Part shown: positions 19,894-31,776 of the stretch, piece after piece
Numbering within the stretch: the first letter of the stretch is position 1
How the letters are laid out: the number at the start of each line of letters is the position of its first letter
Assembly: GCA_945787785.1 (NCBI GenBank)
Contig: CALZIO010000003.1
Coordinates: 36,045-100,044 of the forward strand
Length of the DNA stretch: 64,000 bases
Origin: an uncultured Chromatiaceae bacterium
GTDB lineage: Bacteria > Pseudomonadota > Gammaproteobacteria > Tenderiales > Tenderiaceae
Reading direction: 5' to 3'
Made by a program: the position numbers and the translations under genes
Notes under the pieces: model-generated
The model's input: the letters and a program-made list of their open reading frames with translations, nothing else
Database searches by the model: none
Told to the model about the DNA's origin: nothing

Positions 19894-21380
19894 GCGCAGT
19901 TGATACGCCCCTCAGTCGTCGTCGAGCAGGAGTTTTATTACATCCCACTTCATTACCTGGCGGCGCCGGGTTGGGAGACCTGGGCCCAGAGGCCTATCGT
20001 TTTATCGATTTCTTAGTTGCTAGCGGTATGACCGCGTGGCAGATGTTGCCGCTGGTGCCGACCCATGGTGATTTGTCACCTTATCAAGGGTTGTCAGTAC
20101 ACGCCGGCAATCCACTATTGATCAACCTGACACTTTTGCAGGAGTGGGGTTGGTTGGACGGTGAATTAGAGGCGGAGCCGGAAAATTTTGTTGATTATCG
20201 TCTTGAGAGGCTAAAGCGTGCACATCAATGTTTTTTGACCAATGCGGATGATGGCGCGCGAGCCGAGTTTGGTGATTTTGTGCGCCACAATGAGTATTGG
20301 TTGCAGGACTACGCTTTGTTCCAGGCTATTCGGCAAACCCAGGACAATCGTCACTGGCTAGCCTGGCCAAAAGCCCTGCGGGATCGAGATACAGGCGCCT
20401 TGAAAGATACCGAAAACGCACTTGCAGAATCAGTTGACTACGTCCGTTTTGAACAATTTATTTTCTTTCGCCAATGGGGTTTTCTGCATGAGTACGCGCG
20501 CCAGCGAGGCGTGATTCTGTTTGGCGACATGCCTATTTTTGTTGCTCACGATAGTGCTGAGGTATGGGCCCATCGTGAATATTTTACGCTTGACGAAAAT
20601 GGCCAGGCCGAAATAGTGGCGGGTGTGCCGCCTGATTATTTTTCTGAGACCGGGCAACGCTGGGGCAATCCGCATTATCGTTGGGACAGGATGCAGGCTG
20701 ATGATTTTGCATGGTGGAAGACCCGCATGGCAACCCAGCTGGAAATGTTCGATTGGATACGGGTTGATCACTTCCGTGGGTTTGAAGCCTATTGGGAAAT
20801 CCAGGCCAGTGAAGACACCGCCATGAATGGTCACTGGGTCAAAGCGCCCGGTGATGAGTTGTTTAAATCATTGCATAAAGAGTTTGATCCTCTACCCTTG
20901 GTGGCCGAAGATCTGGGTATTATCACTGAAGAGGTGGATGCCCTGAGAAAAAAATATCATATGCCGGGGATGAAGATATTACAGTTCGCCTTTGGTGGTG
21001 ATTCCGCGAATCCCTATTTACCCCACAATCAGTCGATTGATAGTGTCGTGTATACCGGTACTCATGACAATGACACCACGGTGGGCTGGTATGAATCACT
21101 CCCCGTCGAGACTCAAGCTCACTTGGCTGAATATCTTGGCTATCCCACCGAAACCATGCCGTGGCCGATGATACGTTCTGCCTTGGCTTCAGTTGCTTGT
21201 TTGGCCGTTATTCCCATGCAAGATCTGTTGGCCCTGGGTGCAGCGCATAGGATGAATATCCCGGGTACGAGCGAAGAAAACTGGCGCTGGCGTTTCAAAT
21301 GGGAACAGTTGGGTGAAGATTTGGCGCCACGCGTGAATCGCCTGGTACGGCAGTACGGGCGTATACCACACCAAAGTTAA
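19890..21380 (+). CDS. malQ: 4-alpha-glucanotransferase (amylomaltase, GH77)
   Basis: GTG start overlapping the GH57 stop (GTGA). RRAGVLLHPTSLPG, IRVDHFRGF, GTHDNDT. 496 aa. Confidence 0.95.
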   Translation: MSAVDTPLSRRRAGVLLHPTSLPGGAGLGDLGPEAYRFIDFLVASGMTAWQMLPLVPTHGDLSPYQGLSVHAGNPLLINLTLLQEWGWLDGELEAEPENFVDYRLERLKRAHQCFLTNADDGARAEFGDFVRHNEYWLQDYALFQAIRQTQDNRHWLAWPKALRDRDTGALKDTENALAESVDYVRFEQFIFFRQWGFLHEYARQRGVILFGDMPIFVAHDSAEVWAHREYFTLDENGQAEIVAGVPPDYFSETGQRWGNPHYRWDRMQADDFAWWKTRMATQLEMFDWIRVDHFRGFEAYWEIQASEDTAMNGHWVKAPGDELFKSLHKEFDPLPLVAEDLGIITEEVDALRKKYHMPGMKILQFAFGGDSANPYLPHNQSIDSVVYTGTHDNDTTVGWYESLPVETQAHLAEYLGYPTETMPWPMIRSALASVACLAVIPMQDLLALGAAHRMNIPGTSEENWRWRFKWEQLGEDLAPRVNRLVRQYGRIPHQS

Positions 21381-21406
21381 AGCTGATTCAAATCGAAGTT
21401 TAAAGA

Positions 21407-21493
21407 TGGTGCCGGGAGCGAGAATCGAACTCGCACTCTGTTACCAGAACCAGATTTTGAGTCTGGCGCGTCTACCAGTTCCGCCATCCCGGC
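21407..21493 (-). tRNA. tRNA-Leu (anticodon CAA), class II with a long variable arm and encoded CCA
   Basis: The reverse complement reads GCCGGGATGGCGGAACTGGTAGACGCGCCAGACTCAAAATCTGGTTCTGGTAACAGAGTGCGAGTTCGATTCTCGCTCCCGGCACCA. Acceptor stem GCCGGGA/TCCCGGC. Anticodon stem CCAGA/TCTGG with loop CT-CAA-AA. T arm GCGAG-TTCGATT-CTCGC. Confidence 0.92.
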
Positions 21494-21583
21494 TAAAGGA
21501 AGGGCCGTAGTATACCTGATCTGTATCAATCGGCAAGCCGTGTAACTCGCGGTTAAAGTGAGAAACTGGTACCATCGCCCGCC

Positions 21584-22630
21584 ATGCAGCGCAGTGATTT
21601 TGAATACAACTTACCCCAACATTTAATAGCCCAACGACCTTTATCGGAACGTGGTGCCGGCCGTTTGTTGGTGTTGGATGGTTCGACCAAAACAGTAGCC
21701 GATCGTCAGTTCAGTGACATCATTAATTATCTTAAACCGGGCGATGTGCTGGTCTTCAATGACACTAAGGTGATACCTGCCCGCGTGTTTGGCCGCAAGG
21801 CAAGTGGTGGCAAAGTTGAGGTGCTGGTTGAGCGCGTCTTGAATGAGCATCAGGTATTGGCACATGTGCGTGCCAGCAAGTCACCCAAGCCAAATAGCCG
21901 TTTGGTTCTTGATAGTGAAATTGAGGTGGAGGTGCTGGGTCGCCAGGAAGATCTATTTGAATTAGAGTTTCTTGATGATCGCCCGGTGTTCGAAATCCTC
22001 GATGCAATTGGTCACATCCCGCTGCCACCGTATATTGAACGGCCAGATGAGTCAGATGACCATGAGCGTTATCAGACTGTTTATGCAAACCGCCCAGGTG
22101 CTGTGGCGGCACCGACAGCGGGGCTGCATTTTGATCAACAATTATTAGAAACGTTGCGGGCAAAAGGTGTTGGGACAGAGTTTATTACCTTGCATGTGGG
22201 GGCGGGCACCTTTCAACCGGTGCGGGTAGATGATCTGAAAGAGCACCATATGCATGCTGAATATGTTGAGGTAAGCGAAGCGACTGTTGAGGCGATAGAA
22301 AAAACGCGAGCAGCCGGTGGCAGAGTCATTGCGGTCGGGACTACCTCGGTGCGCAGTCTTGAATCCGCTGCCCAATCCGGTCAGTTGCAAGCCTTCAGTG
22401 GTGAAACGTGTTTGTTTATCACGCCTGGATATAAGTTCAAGGCTATTGATTTGTTGATCACCAATTTTCACCTGCCCGAGTCAACCCTATTGATGTTGGT
22501 GTCAGCATTGGGTGGTTATGAACAAGTCATGGCCGCATACCGGCATGCCGTTGAACAGGAGTATCGATTTTTCAGCTATGGTGATGCGATGCTTGTAATT
22601 CCTCAACCAGAAGTCCTGGTCGAACAGTAA
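21584..22630 (+). CDS. queA: S-adenosylmethionine:tRNA ribosyltransferase-isomerase
   Basis: [19 protein letters not shown]..., [22 protein letters not shown]. 348 aa. Confidence 0.97.
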   Translation: MQRSDFEYNLPQHLIAQRPLSERGAGRLLVLDGSTKTVADRQFSDIINYLKPGDVLVFNDTKVIPARVFGRKASGGKVEVLVERVLNEHQVLAHVRASKSPKPNSRLVLDSEIEVEVLGRQEDLFELEFLDDRPVFEILDAIGHIPLPPYIERPDESDDHERYQTVYANRPGAVAAPTAGLHFDQQLLETLRAKGVGTEFITLHVGAGTFQPVRVDDLKEHHMHAEYVEVSEATVEAIEKTRAAGGRVIAVGTTSVRSLESAAQSGQLQAFSGETCLFITPGYKFKAIDLLITNFHLPESTLLMLVSALGGYEQVMAAYRHAVEQEYRFFSYGDAMLVIPQPEVLVEQ

Positions 22631-22633
22631 TAA

Positions 22634-23749
<1,116 letters not shown>

Positions 23750-23821
23750 TGTGCGCCTTTGCGAATCTGCCCGGTTTTGGGCGAGAAGAATTCACTAATC
23801 AAGCTGTTAGAGAGGAATAAG

Positions 23822-24151
23822 ATGAGCTTTTTTATATCAGATGCCATGGCCCAGGAGGCAGCGGTTGGTGGCGGTGAGCCTGGCATGATCAATTTCGTTT
23901 TTCTGATTGCACTTTTTTTGATTTTCTATTTTTTGTTGCTGCGGCCACAGATCAAGCGTGCCAAAGAACATAAAAAGATGACCGAAGGGCTGGCCAAGAA
24001 TGACGAAGTGGTTACCAGCGGTGGTCTTGCCGGCAAGATCGTCAAGATTGAAGACAGTTTCGTTACCTTACAAATTGCAGCAGGTGTTGAGGTTCAGGTG
24101 CAGAGGAGTGCGATTGGCTCATTACTGCCCAAAGGGACTATCAAACTCTAA
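23822..24151 (+). CDS. yajC: Preprotein translocase subunit YajC
   Basis: I chose the internal ATG at 23822, which follows AGAGGAATAA. One TM helix plus LLLRPQIKRAKEHKKM...GDEVVTSGGL.GKI. The 21-codon upstream extension in the track has no support. Confidence 0.9.
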   Translation: MSFFISDAMAQEAAVGGGEPGMINFVFLIALFLIFYFLLLRPQIKRAKEHKKMTEGLAKNDEVVTSGGLAGKIVKIEDSFVTLQIAAGVEVQVQRSAIGSLLPKGTIKL

Positions 24152-24192
24152 TTAATATCCAGTAGCACAAAGAAGTTCGGGGCCATATAAAC

Positions 24193-26052
24193 ATGATTAA
24201 CCAGTACCCGTGGTGGAAAAACCTGCTGATCGTAATTGTCGTTGCGGTTGGAGCACTCTATGCTTTACCAAATCTCTATGGTGAGGACCCTGCCTTGCAG
24301 ATCTCTTCAACCCGCGACGCTGATGTTAGTGACGCCGCCCTGGGTGATGTGCGTAGCGAATTAAATCGACTTGGCATTGATCCTGTGGCAATGGATCTTG
24401 AAGCTCAAGGTTTGGTCGTGCGTTTTGCCAATACCGAGGATCAGCTCAAGGCGAAAGATCGCCTTTCCCTCACCATGGCAGAGGATTATGTGATTGCGCT
24501 TAACTTGGCGCCGGCGACGCCAGACTGGTTGCGTTCATTTAACGCACTGCCGATGTATCTTGGTCTCGATCTGCGTGGTGGGGTGCACTTTCTCATGGAA
24601 GTCGATACCGACGCAGCGATTGAGATGGCAGAACAGCGTTATGTGGGTGATCTGCGTGGCTTGTTGCGGGAAAACAAAGTGCGTTACCTGACCGTTAGTC
24701 GCGTGTCCAACGGTGGTGTGGATATTAAGTTTCGCAGTGCCGAAGAACAACAAGCTGGATACAGCCTGATTCGTAAAGAATATCGCAATCTGCTGCTTGA
24801 GGATGAGCAGCGCGGTGAAGCTTTTTATATTTCAGTCAAGTTGGCTGAGGATGAGATTCGCGAAACGCGCAAGTTTGCCGTGCAACAAAACATCACTACC
24901 TTGCGCAATCGTGTGAATGAGTTGGGGGTGGCTGAACCGCTCATCCAGCGTCAAGGTGAAAATCGCATAGTCGTGCAGTTACCAGGTGTGCAAGATACTG
25001 CCCGAGCCAAGGAAATTCTAGGTGCAACCGCCACGCTTGAATTTCGTCTGGCCGATGAAACCGGTAACGTGCAGGATGCCCTGGCAGGCCGCGTTCCAGC
25101 GGGTTCTCGCCTTTACAAAGAACGTAACGGTAGTTCGGTATTGATCAAGAAGAGCATTATCATTACTGGAGATTCAATTACTGATGCGGCCTCCGGGATC
25201 GATCAGCGCGATGGCAGCCCAGCTGTATTTATCACGCTTGATGGTAAAGGCGCCAAGAAGATGAACAACGTCACCAAGGAAAACGTTGGCAAGACCATGG
25301 CGGTGGTATTCATCGAGAATAAGACAGAAACCACGCGTGTCGGTGATGAGCTGGTCAAGAATAAACGCAAGGTAGAAGAAGTGATCAGCCTGGCCACAAT
25401 TCGTGAGCCGCTGAGTAAACGATTCCAAATTACTGGGCTGGATAACACAGAAGAAGCTCGTACCCTGGCACTGTTGCTGCGTGCAGGTGCCCTGTCTGCC
25501 CCTGTCGATATTATCGAAGAACGCACAGTGGGTCCAAGCCTGGGGCAGGACAGTATCGACATGGGATTCAAATCGGTGGTGATTGGCTTCGTCCTGGTGC
25601 TGATTTTTATGGCGGTGTATTACAAGGTGTTTGGTCTTGTAGCCAATTTGGCGCTGGCATTCAACCTGGTAATGATCGTTGCAGTGCTTTCCATGTTTCA
25701 GGCCACGCTGACATTACCAGGCATCGCCGGAATCGTCTTGACAGTGGGTATGGCGGTGGATGCCAATGTACTGATCTTTGAGCGTATTCGTGAAGAGTTA
25801 CGTAATGGCAATTCACCGCAGGCGAGTATTCATTCCGGATATGAAAAGGCCGTGTCAACCATCGCCGATGCCAATATTACTACCCTGATTGCCGCAATGG
25901 TGTTATTCGGTTTGGGTACCGGTCCTATCAAGGGCTTTGCTGTGACCTTAACAATCGGAATTCTGACCTCAATGTTCACCGCCATTATGGGGACCCGCGC
26001 AGTAATCAACCTGGTCTATGGTGGTAAACGTGTCACCAAACTTTCCATCTAG
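24193..26052 (+). CDS. secD: Protein translocase subunit SecD
   Basis: 619 aa. LGLDLRGGVHFLMEVD, a large periplasmic domain, and a C-terminal six-TM bundle (LTLPGIAGIVLTVGMAVDANVLIFERIREE). Confidence 0.97.
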   Translation: MINQYPWWKNLLIVIVVAVGALYALPNLYGEDPALQISSTRDADVSDAALGDVRSELNRLGIDPVAMDLEAQGLVVRFANTEDQLKAKDRLSLTMAEDYVIALNLAPATPDWLRSFNALPMYLGLDLRGGVHFLMEVDTDAAIEMAEQRYVGDLRGLLRENKVRYLTVSRVSNGGVDIKFRSAEEQQAGYSLIRKEYRNLLLEDEQRGEAFYISVKLAEDEIRETRKFAVQQNITTLRNRVNELGVAEPLIQRQGENRIVVQLPGVQDTARAKEILGATATLEFRLADETGNVQDALAGRVPAGSRLYKERNGSSVLIKKSIIITGDSITDAASGIDQRDGSPAVFITLDGKGAKKMNNVTKENVGKTMAVVFIENKTETTRVGDELVKNKRKVEEVISLATIREPLSKRFQITGLDNTEEARTLALLLRAGALSAPVDIIEERTVGPSLGQDSIDMGFKSVVIGFVLVLIFMAVYYKVFGLVANLALAFNLVMIVAVLSMFQATLTLPGIAGIVLTVGMAVDANVLIFERIREELRNGNSPQASIHSGYEKAVSTIADANITTLIAAMVLFGLGTGPIKGFAVTLTIGILTSMFTAIMGTRAVINLVYGGKRVTKLSI

Positions 26053-26081
26053 TGCTTGGGTCAGGAATTAGGAAAAAAACA

Positions 26082-27017
26082 ATGCAGATACTGAATACAA
26101 AACAGACTATCGATTTCATGAGCAAGCGCAAGTTGGCGCTGATCTTATCTGCGATTTTGATGGTTTTGTCGATTGTCTCTTTGGCTACACGTGGATTGAA
26201 CCTGGGTATTGATTTTACCGGTGGCACTCTAGTCGAGGTGGGCTATAGTGAATCCGCTGATTTGTCGGTAATTCGTTCAGCCTTAAGTGACGGCGGTTTT
26301 GAAGGCGCTGCGGTGCAGCATTTTGGTACTTCACAGGATGTGTTGATACGCCTGTCACCAGAACAGAGTGCAGGCACGGCAGACATTAGCAGCCGTGTTT
26401 TTACCGCACTGGAAGGTAGTGGCGATCAACTTGAATTGCGCCGGGTTGAGTTTGTCGGGCCGCAAATTGGTGATGAGCTAACCGAAGATGGTGGGCTGGC
26501 TATGTTGGCCGCGCTGTTTGGTATATTGATCTATGTCTATTTTCGATTTGAGATCCGCTTCTCCGTTGGGGCCGTGATTGCTCTGGTGCACGATGTGGTG
26601 ATTACCATGGGCATTTTCTCCATCTTCCAGTTTGCCTTTGATCTTTCAGTATTGGCGGCAGTGCTGGCGGTGATCGGTTATTCGCTGAATGACACCATTG
26701 TTGTTTATGACCGAATCCGTGAGAACTTTCGTAAGATGCGTAAAGGTACGTCAATCGATATTCTGAACCGGTCAATCACTCAGACATTGGCTCGTACCCT
26801 TGTGACCTCTTTAACAACCTTGTTGGTATTACTTGCCCTATTCGTGTTTGGTGGTGAGATTATTCACGGATTTTCTCAAGCGCTGATTATCGGGGTGCTT
26901 GTTGGTACCTACTCCTCTGTATATATCGCAAGTAGTGCAATTTTGATGTTGGGTGTTAGCAAGGCCGACTTGATGCCGGTTGAGAAAGAGGGTGCTGACC
27001 TGGATAGTGCGCCCTAA
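26082..27017 (+). CDS. secF: Protein translocase subunit SecF
   Basis: Start moved to the ATG at 26082 (MQILNTKQTIDFMSKRK). GIDFTGGT, NDTIVVYDRIREN. It follows secD. Confidence 0.95.
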   Translation: MQILNTKQTIDFMSKRKLALILSAILMVLSIVSLATRGLNLGIDFTGGTLVEVGYSESADLSVIRSALSDGGFEGAAVQHFGTSQDVLIRLSPEQSAGTADISSRVFTALEGSGDQLELRRVEFVGPQIGDELTEDGGLAMLAALFGILIYVYFRFEIRFSVGAVIALVHDVVITMGIFSIFQFAFDLSVLAAVLAVIGYSLNDTIVVYDRIRENFRKMRKGTSIDILNRSITQTLARTLVTSLTTLLVLLALFVFGGEIIHGFSQALIIGVLVGTYSSVYIASSAILMLGVSKADLMPVEKEGADLDSAP

Positions 27018-27033
27018 ACAGTTTTGTGATTGC

Positions 27034-27059
27034 AAAAAGCCCGCGAAAGCGGGCTTTTT
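27034..27059. terminator. Bidirectional intrinsic terminator between convergent secF and the GGDEF gene
   Basis: AAAAAGCCCGC-gaaa-GCGGGCTTTTT: a perfect GC-rich stem with a GNRA-like loop, flanked by an A-run and a T-run. Confidence 0.88.
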
Positions 27060-27064
27060 ACTAT

Positions 27065-28468
27065 CTAGGCGATTGTTAAATCTATATTATCGCGTTCTGT
27101 TTCTGGCTTGATACCAAGTGGATCCAGCTCGATGTGATCGCGTCCTGATGTCTTGCCTTTATACATTGCCACATCGGCACGTTTAATCAGTTCGTCAGCA
27201 TCCTCACCTGGATTATAAAGGACAATACCTGCAGAAAAAGTTGGTACTGGGATCTCATCATTCTTAACCAAAATATACGGGTCGGCTTTGAGTTTATCTT
27301 GCAGCTTGCATAGTGCGCTCATGGCGCCATTTGTGTCTGTGTTTGGAAAGAGTACGGCGAACTCTTCTCCCCCATAACGGGCTGCCATATCGTGATAGCG
27401 AAAGACGATATTCATGTTTTGGGAAAAATGGCGCAGGATCACATCACCTGCAGCATGACCAAAGGTGTCATTGATTGGTTTGAAATTATCAATATCGATT
27501 AATGCCATGGTTAAGGGGTAATCAAACCGCAGTGCCCTCGAAATTTCATCATCCAGGCGCATTAGAAAAGCACGCCTGTTTGGTAGCTGAGTCAGGTCAT
27601 CGGTCAAGCTTAAGCGGTGAGCACGTGACAACTCTTCATCGAGGTTTTGGCTTCTGGATTCAATATCGTTGAGGCTTTCATCGATTGTCTGGAATTTTGT
27701 GGCCAGGTCTTGCTGCATTTTAATCAATTTGGCATAACGTCTGAGAAAGTTACTTTTCACCAAGCCAAGATCTTCTGAATCTTTCAGGTTTCGTATAGCC
27801 GCAAATGAGCTGTGTAACAGTTTGGCTAAGGCAGAATTGAACTGTTTAGCATTGCTAATTTGATCAGACAGGCTTGATTGAATGGTTTGCATATTGTTAC
27901 GTGTTTTATCGATATAACAATAGGGCGCCTCTGGTGAAAATTTATTAACAATTACAGAATTGTCATTGGTAGTTGTGAAGGCAGGCTCTTCGCCAATCGC
28001 AAGTGTGGGTCTGTTTGGTTGTTTGAATTGTCTTGAGTCTAGCTCTGTCGCTGGTGATTGCGCATGGCTACCATTTAACTCACCAAGTAATAAATTGATG
28101 GTCTCCTGCATGCTCTTTTGACCATGCGTCCCTTCCTGATGAGCTTGGGCGATAAGTTGCTGAATCTGGGTATGAATACTATTAAGTTCTTTTTCAGGCA
28201 TCGAATCCAGTAGACTCATTTGCATAATACGAATCTGCATCCATTGCTCAGTGCCTGTGGGAAAGTGTGTCGCTAGGTTGTCGAGTAAATTCCCAATCAA
28301 GCTGAGATAGATTTTTTCGGAATGGTGTTGCAACGTTTCGAGATCGAGAAATGATTGCTCGATATGTTGATATAGAGTTGTGCCCGCGCCGGTAGTTTTT
28401 AAATTCTCTAGCAGCGAGAGTACTCTTCCAAATGTTTTTGTGTGTGGTTGATTTGTGGAAACAGCCAA
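27065..28468 (-). CDS. Diguanylate cyclase (GGDEF domain) with an unassigned, largely helical N-terminal region of about 290 aa
   Basis: C-terminal LTQLPNRRAF...ALIDIDNFKPINDTFGHAAGD...RYHDMAARYGGEEFAVLF. It has an intact GGEEF motif and an RxxD I-site (RYHD). I could not see a TM helix. Confidence 0.85.
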   Translation of the reverse strand: MAVSTNQPHTKTFGRVLSLLENLKTTGAGTTLYQHIEQSFLDLETLQHHSEKIYLSLIGNLLDNLATHFPTGTEQWMQIRIMQMSLLDSMPEKELNSIHTQIQQLIAQAHQEGTHGQKSMQETINLLLGELNGSHAQSPATELDSRQFKQPNRPTLAIGEEPAFTTTNDNSVIVNKFSPEAPYCYIDKTRNNMQTIQSSLSDQISNAKQFNSALAKLLHSSFAAIRNLKDSEDLGLVKSNFLRRYAKLIKMQQDLATKFQTIDESLNDIESRSQNLDEELSRAHRLSLTDDLTQLPNRRAFLMRLDDEISRALRFDYPLTMALIDIDNFKPINDTFGHAAGDVILRHFSQNMNIVFRYHDMAARYGGEEFAVLFPNTDTNGAMSALCKLQDKLKADPYILVKNDEIPVPTFSAGIVLYNPGEDADELIKRADVAMYKGKTSGRDHIELDPLGIKPETERDNIDLTIA

Positions 28469-28823
28469 CTTCCTCGCCCCGTCATTATCTTACTAGGTCT
28501 GCTTTGCAATTACTGTATCAGTAACGGCTCACGTGATCCTAATGAAACTTGTAGCGGTTGGCGTCCTGCCAAACAAGCAGAATTTTTATAAAAACTCAGT
28601 ATATATATGGTTATGGAGTATATCATGAAGTTTTCGGACGTTTGTGATGTTTAGAGGCTGAGTAGTATTGCATTACTCGTATGTTTTGAAGGGTTACTTG
28701 CTTGAATGGCAGTGTAGGGCTTGGCAGAACAGAGGTGATATCAAATGCAGAAATGGCCGGAATCAGGTATCCTTATGCCCCTTTCTTGATTCGATTTACA
28801 GCTAGCCGGAGATTTGTAACGCT

Positions 28824-30080
28824 ATGTTTACTAAGGATATGACCATTGCTGGGTATGATGAAGAATTGTGGTCGGCGATGGAGCACGAACGTGAGCGTCA
28901 GGAAGTGCATATCGAGTTGATCGCCTCGGAAAACTACGCCAGTCCACGCGTGATGGAGGCCCAGGGTTCTGTGCTGACCAACAAATACGCTGAGGGTTAT
29001 CCTGCCAAACGATACTATGGCGGTTGTGAATTTGTGGATACCGCGGAACAGTTGGCTATTGATCGGGTTAAGGAGCTATTTAGCGCCGACTACGCCAATG
29101 TTCAACCCCATTCTGGTTCTCAGGCAAATGCTGCGGTTTACATGGCGCTGTTACAGCCGGGTGATACGGTTCTAGGTATGAGTCTGGCCCACGGCGGCCA
29201 CCTGACTCACGGTGCCAAGGTCAACTTCTCCGGTAAAATCTACAATGCCATTCAATATGGTCTGAATGAAGCCACTGGTGAGATTGATTACGACCAGGTT
29301 GAGGCGCTGGCGCAAGAACACAAACCTAAAATGATCATCGCCGGATTTAGTGCCTATTCGCGTGTCGTTGATTGGCAGCGCTTTCGTGACATCGCTGACA
29401 GTGTCGGTGCTTACCTGTTCGTCGATATGGCACATGTTGCTGGTTTGATTGCCGTAGGTGCTTATCCCAGTCCGGTACAGATTGCCGATGTGACCACCTC
29501 GACTACCCACAAAACCCTGCGTGGTCCACGTGGCGGTATTATCTTGGCTAAATCAAATCCAGAGATCGAGAAGAAACTGAACTCGGTTGTCTTTCCCGGA
29601 ATTCAAGGTGGACCGCTGATGCATGTGATTGCCGCCAAGGCAGTCGCTTTCAAAGAGGCGCTAGAGCCGGACTTTGAAAGCTATCAACAACAAGTAGTGA
29701 AAAATGCCCAGACTATGGCCAAAGTGTTTATCAAGCGAGGTTATGATGTGGTCTCCGGTGGCACTGACAATCACCTGTTCCTGGTCAGTTTCATCAAACA
29801 GGAATTGACCGGAAAAGATGTCGACGCCTGGTTGGGCAATGCGCATATCACCGTCAATAAGAATGCAGTGCCGAATGATCCACAATCACCCTTTGTGACT
29901 TCCGGTATTCGGATAGGTACGCCAGCGATTACCACCCGGGGTTTCAATGAAGCGGATAGCCGCGATCTGGCCCATTGGATTTGTGACATCATCGATGCCA
30001 GAGGTGATCAAGCAACCATAGATTTGATTAAGGGCAAGGTTGCAGAGGTATGTAGACGTTTGCCGGTTTACGCCGGGTAA
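28824..30080 (+). CDS. glyA: Serine hydroxymethyltransferase
   Basis: [25 protein letters not shown] (PLP-lysine region). 418 aa. Confidence 0.97.
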   Translation: MFTKDMTIAGYDEELWSAMEHERERQEVHIELIASENYASPRVMEAQGSVLTNKYAEGYPAKRYYGGCEFVDTAEQLAIDRVKELFSADYANVQPHSGSQANAAVYMALLQPGDTVLGMSLAHGGHLTHGAKVNFSGKIYNAIQYGLNEATGEIDYDQVEALAQEHKPKMIIAGFSAYSRVVDWQRFRDIADSVGAYLFVDMAHVAGLIAVGAYPSPVQIADVTTSTTHKTLRGPRGGIILAKSNPEIEKKLNSVVFPGIQGGPLMHVIAAKAVAFKEALEPDFESYQQQVVKNAQTMAKVFIKRGYDVVSGGTDNHLFLVSFIKQELTGKDVDAWLGNAHITVNKNAVPNDPQSPFVTSGIRIGTPAITTRGFNEADSRDLAHWICDIIDARGDQATIDLIKGKVAEVCRRLPVYAG

Positions 30081-30095
30081 ATTGGGAATAGCCCT

Positions 30096-30614
30096 ATGCG
30101 CTGCCCATTCTGCGGTGCTGATGATACCAAGGTAATCGACTCGCGCTTGGCCAATGAAGGTGACAGCGTGCGGCGGCGGCGCAAGTGTCTCACCTGTTCA
30201 GAACGCTTTACTACCTTTGAAACAGCCGAACTGGCATTGCCACGTATTGTTAAAACGGATGGTGTGCGTGAACCGTTTGATGAAGAAAAAATGCGTCGTG
30301 GCATGCAACGGGCCTTGGAAAAGCGGCCAGTTGATACGGAAAAGATCGAGGCCGCTATTAGCCGTATCAAACATATGCTGCGCTCCACAGGAGACCGTGA
30401 AGTACCATCGCGTCGTTTGGGTGAATGGGTAATGGATGCCTTGGCCGATCTTGATCAAGTTGCCTATATTCGTTTTGCCTCGGTTTATCGTAGTTTTGAA
30501 GATGTCAGCGCATTCCGCGAAGCCATTGAACGGCTTGAAAATGAGCCACCGGCCGAGTTAAAGGCGCAGCAGATCTCGTTACTGCCCGGCAACGACAAGA
30601 AGAAAGAAAGCTGA
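30096..30614 (+). CDS. nrdR: Transcriptional repressor NrdR
   Basis: [17 protein letters not shown]...[17 protein letters not shown] zinc ribbon plus an ATP-cone. 172 aa. Confidence 0.95.
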   Translation: MRCPFCGADDTKVIDSRLANEGDSVRRRRKCLTCSERFTTFETAELALPRIVKTDGVREPFDEEKMRRGMQRALEKRPVDTEKIEAAISRIKHMLRSTGDREVPSRRLGEWVMDALADLDQVAYIRFASVYRSFEDVSAFREAIERLENEPPAELKAQQISLLPGNDKKKES

Positions 30615-30671
30615 TTCTGTCACAGCATCGCAAAGCACGAACTCAAACTATTATTCGCATAATCTTTTTCT

Positions 30672-31760
30672 ATGTTTTCAGCTAACGATCATCACTATAT
30701 GAGTTTGGCGCTGCGTTTAGCAGAGCGAGGCTTGTATACCACCGATCCAAACCCACGGGTTGGCTGTGTCATCGTTCGGGATGATGTTGTTGTCGGTCAA
30801 GGTTGGCACCGTGCTGCGGGTGAGCCTCATGCAGAAATACATGCCTTGCAACAGGCCGGTGATAAGGCTAGAGGCGCAAGCGTATATGTCACGCTAGAAC
30901 CTTGCAGTCATCATGGTCGTACTCCGCCCTGTGCCGAGGCGCTTATCAATGCAGGTGTGGCGCGCGTAGTGGTGGCAATGCAGGATCCCAGTCCCAAAGT
31001 GGCTGGACAAGGTATCGACTTGCTTAAGTCGGGGAGTATAGGCGTCGGTGTTGGTTTGTTGCAGCCTCAGGCTGAAGCGCTCAATCCGGGTTTTGTCTCG
31101 CGTTTTAATCGTGGCCGGCCGTATGTCCGTTGTAAGTTGGCAATGAGTCTGGATGGCCGCACTGCCATGGCCAGTGGCGAGAGTAAATGGATTACCTCGG
31201 AGTCGGCGCGCGCGGATGTGCAAAAACTCCGGGCCAGTAGCTCAGTGATATTAACCGGTATCGGCACAGTGTTGGCGGATGATCCACGTATGAATGCACG
31301 GCTTGATTGTGAAGTGAAACAACCCGACCGGGTGGTGCTGGATACGAATTTACGCATGTCAGCTAAAGCGAGAATGATAGCTCAACCAGGCATTACCTGG
31401 CTTGCCCATCATTGCCAGGACCAGGATAAACAGGCTGTGTTGGAACAATCGGGCGCACGCATGCTGACTCTTGCCAGCAAAGAAGATCGTATCGATTTGC
31501 ATGCTTTATTAAGTGCACTGCATGATCTTGAGTACAATGAGGTATTGGTCGAGGCGGGGCCAACCCTGAGCGGTGCTTTTCTGCAGGCAGGCTTGATAGA
31601 TGAGCTGATTGTTTATTTGGCACCACACTTGATGGGCCATGGTGGACGTGCCTTGTTACATCTGCCCGGGATTGAATCCATGCAGCAACGAATTGCCTTA
31701 CGCATGACAGATGTAAGGCATGTCGGTGACGACCTGAGACTGACTTACACGCTGGCTTGA
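30672..31760 (+). CDS. ribD: Bifunctional riboflavin biosynthesis deaminase/reductase
   Basis: Deaminase motif HAEIHAL...TLEPCSHHGRTPPC, followed by the reductase domain. 362 aa. Confidence 0.95.
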   Translation: MFSANDHHYMSLALRLAERGLYTTDPNPRVGCVIVRDDVVVGQGWHRAAGEPHAEIHALQQAGDKARGASVYVTLEPCSHHGRTPPCAEALINAGVARVVVAMQDPSPKVAGQGIDLLKSGSIGVGVGLLQPQAEALNPGFVSRFNRGRPYVRCKLAMSLDGRTAMASGESKWITSESARADVQKLRASSSVILTGIGTVLADDPRMNARLDCEVKQPDRVVLDTNLRMSAKARMIAQPGITWLAHHCQDQDKQAVLEQSGARMLTLASKEDRIDLHALLSALHDLEYNEVLVEAGPTLSGAFLQAGLIDELIVYLAPHLMGHGGRALLHLPGIESMQQRIALRMTDVRHVGDDLRLTYTLA

Positions 31761-31776
31761 TAAGAATAGGAAAACG

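Noticed and set aside
13867-21583. Glycogen cluster as a tRNA-Leu-associated genomic island
   Set aside because: There is no integrase and I found no direct repeat of the tRNA 3' end. The composition is similar to the flanks. From my recollection, the tRNA-Leu/queA adjacency is itself conserved in Pseudomonas-like genomes.
28469-28823. Possible ZTP, THF or glycine riboswitch upstream of glyA
   Set aside because: I looked for the conserved cores I remember (for example the ZTP CCGCCTGGG pseudoknot segment) and did not find them. Only an Rfam scan could settle it.
30615-30671. FMN riboswitch ahead of the rib genes
   Set aside because: The gaps before ribD (57 nt), ribBA (10 nt) and ribH (67 nt) are too short for an FMN aptamer of about 140 nt.
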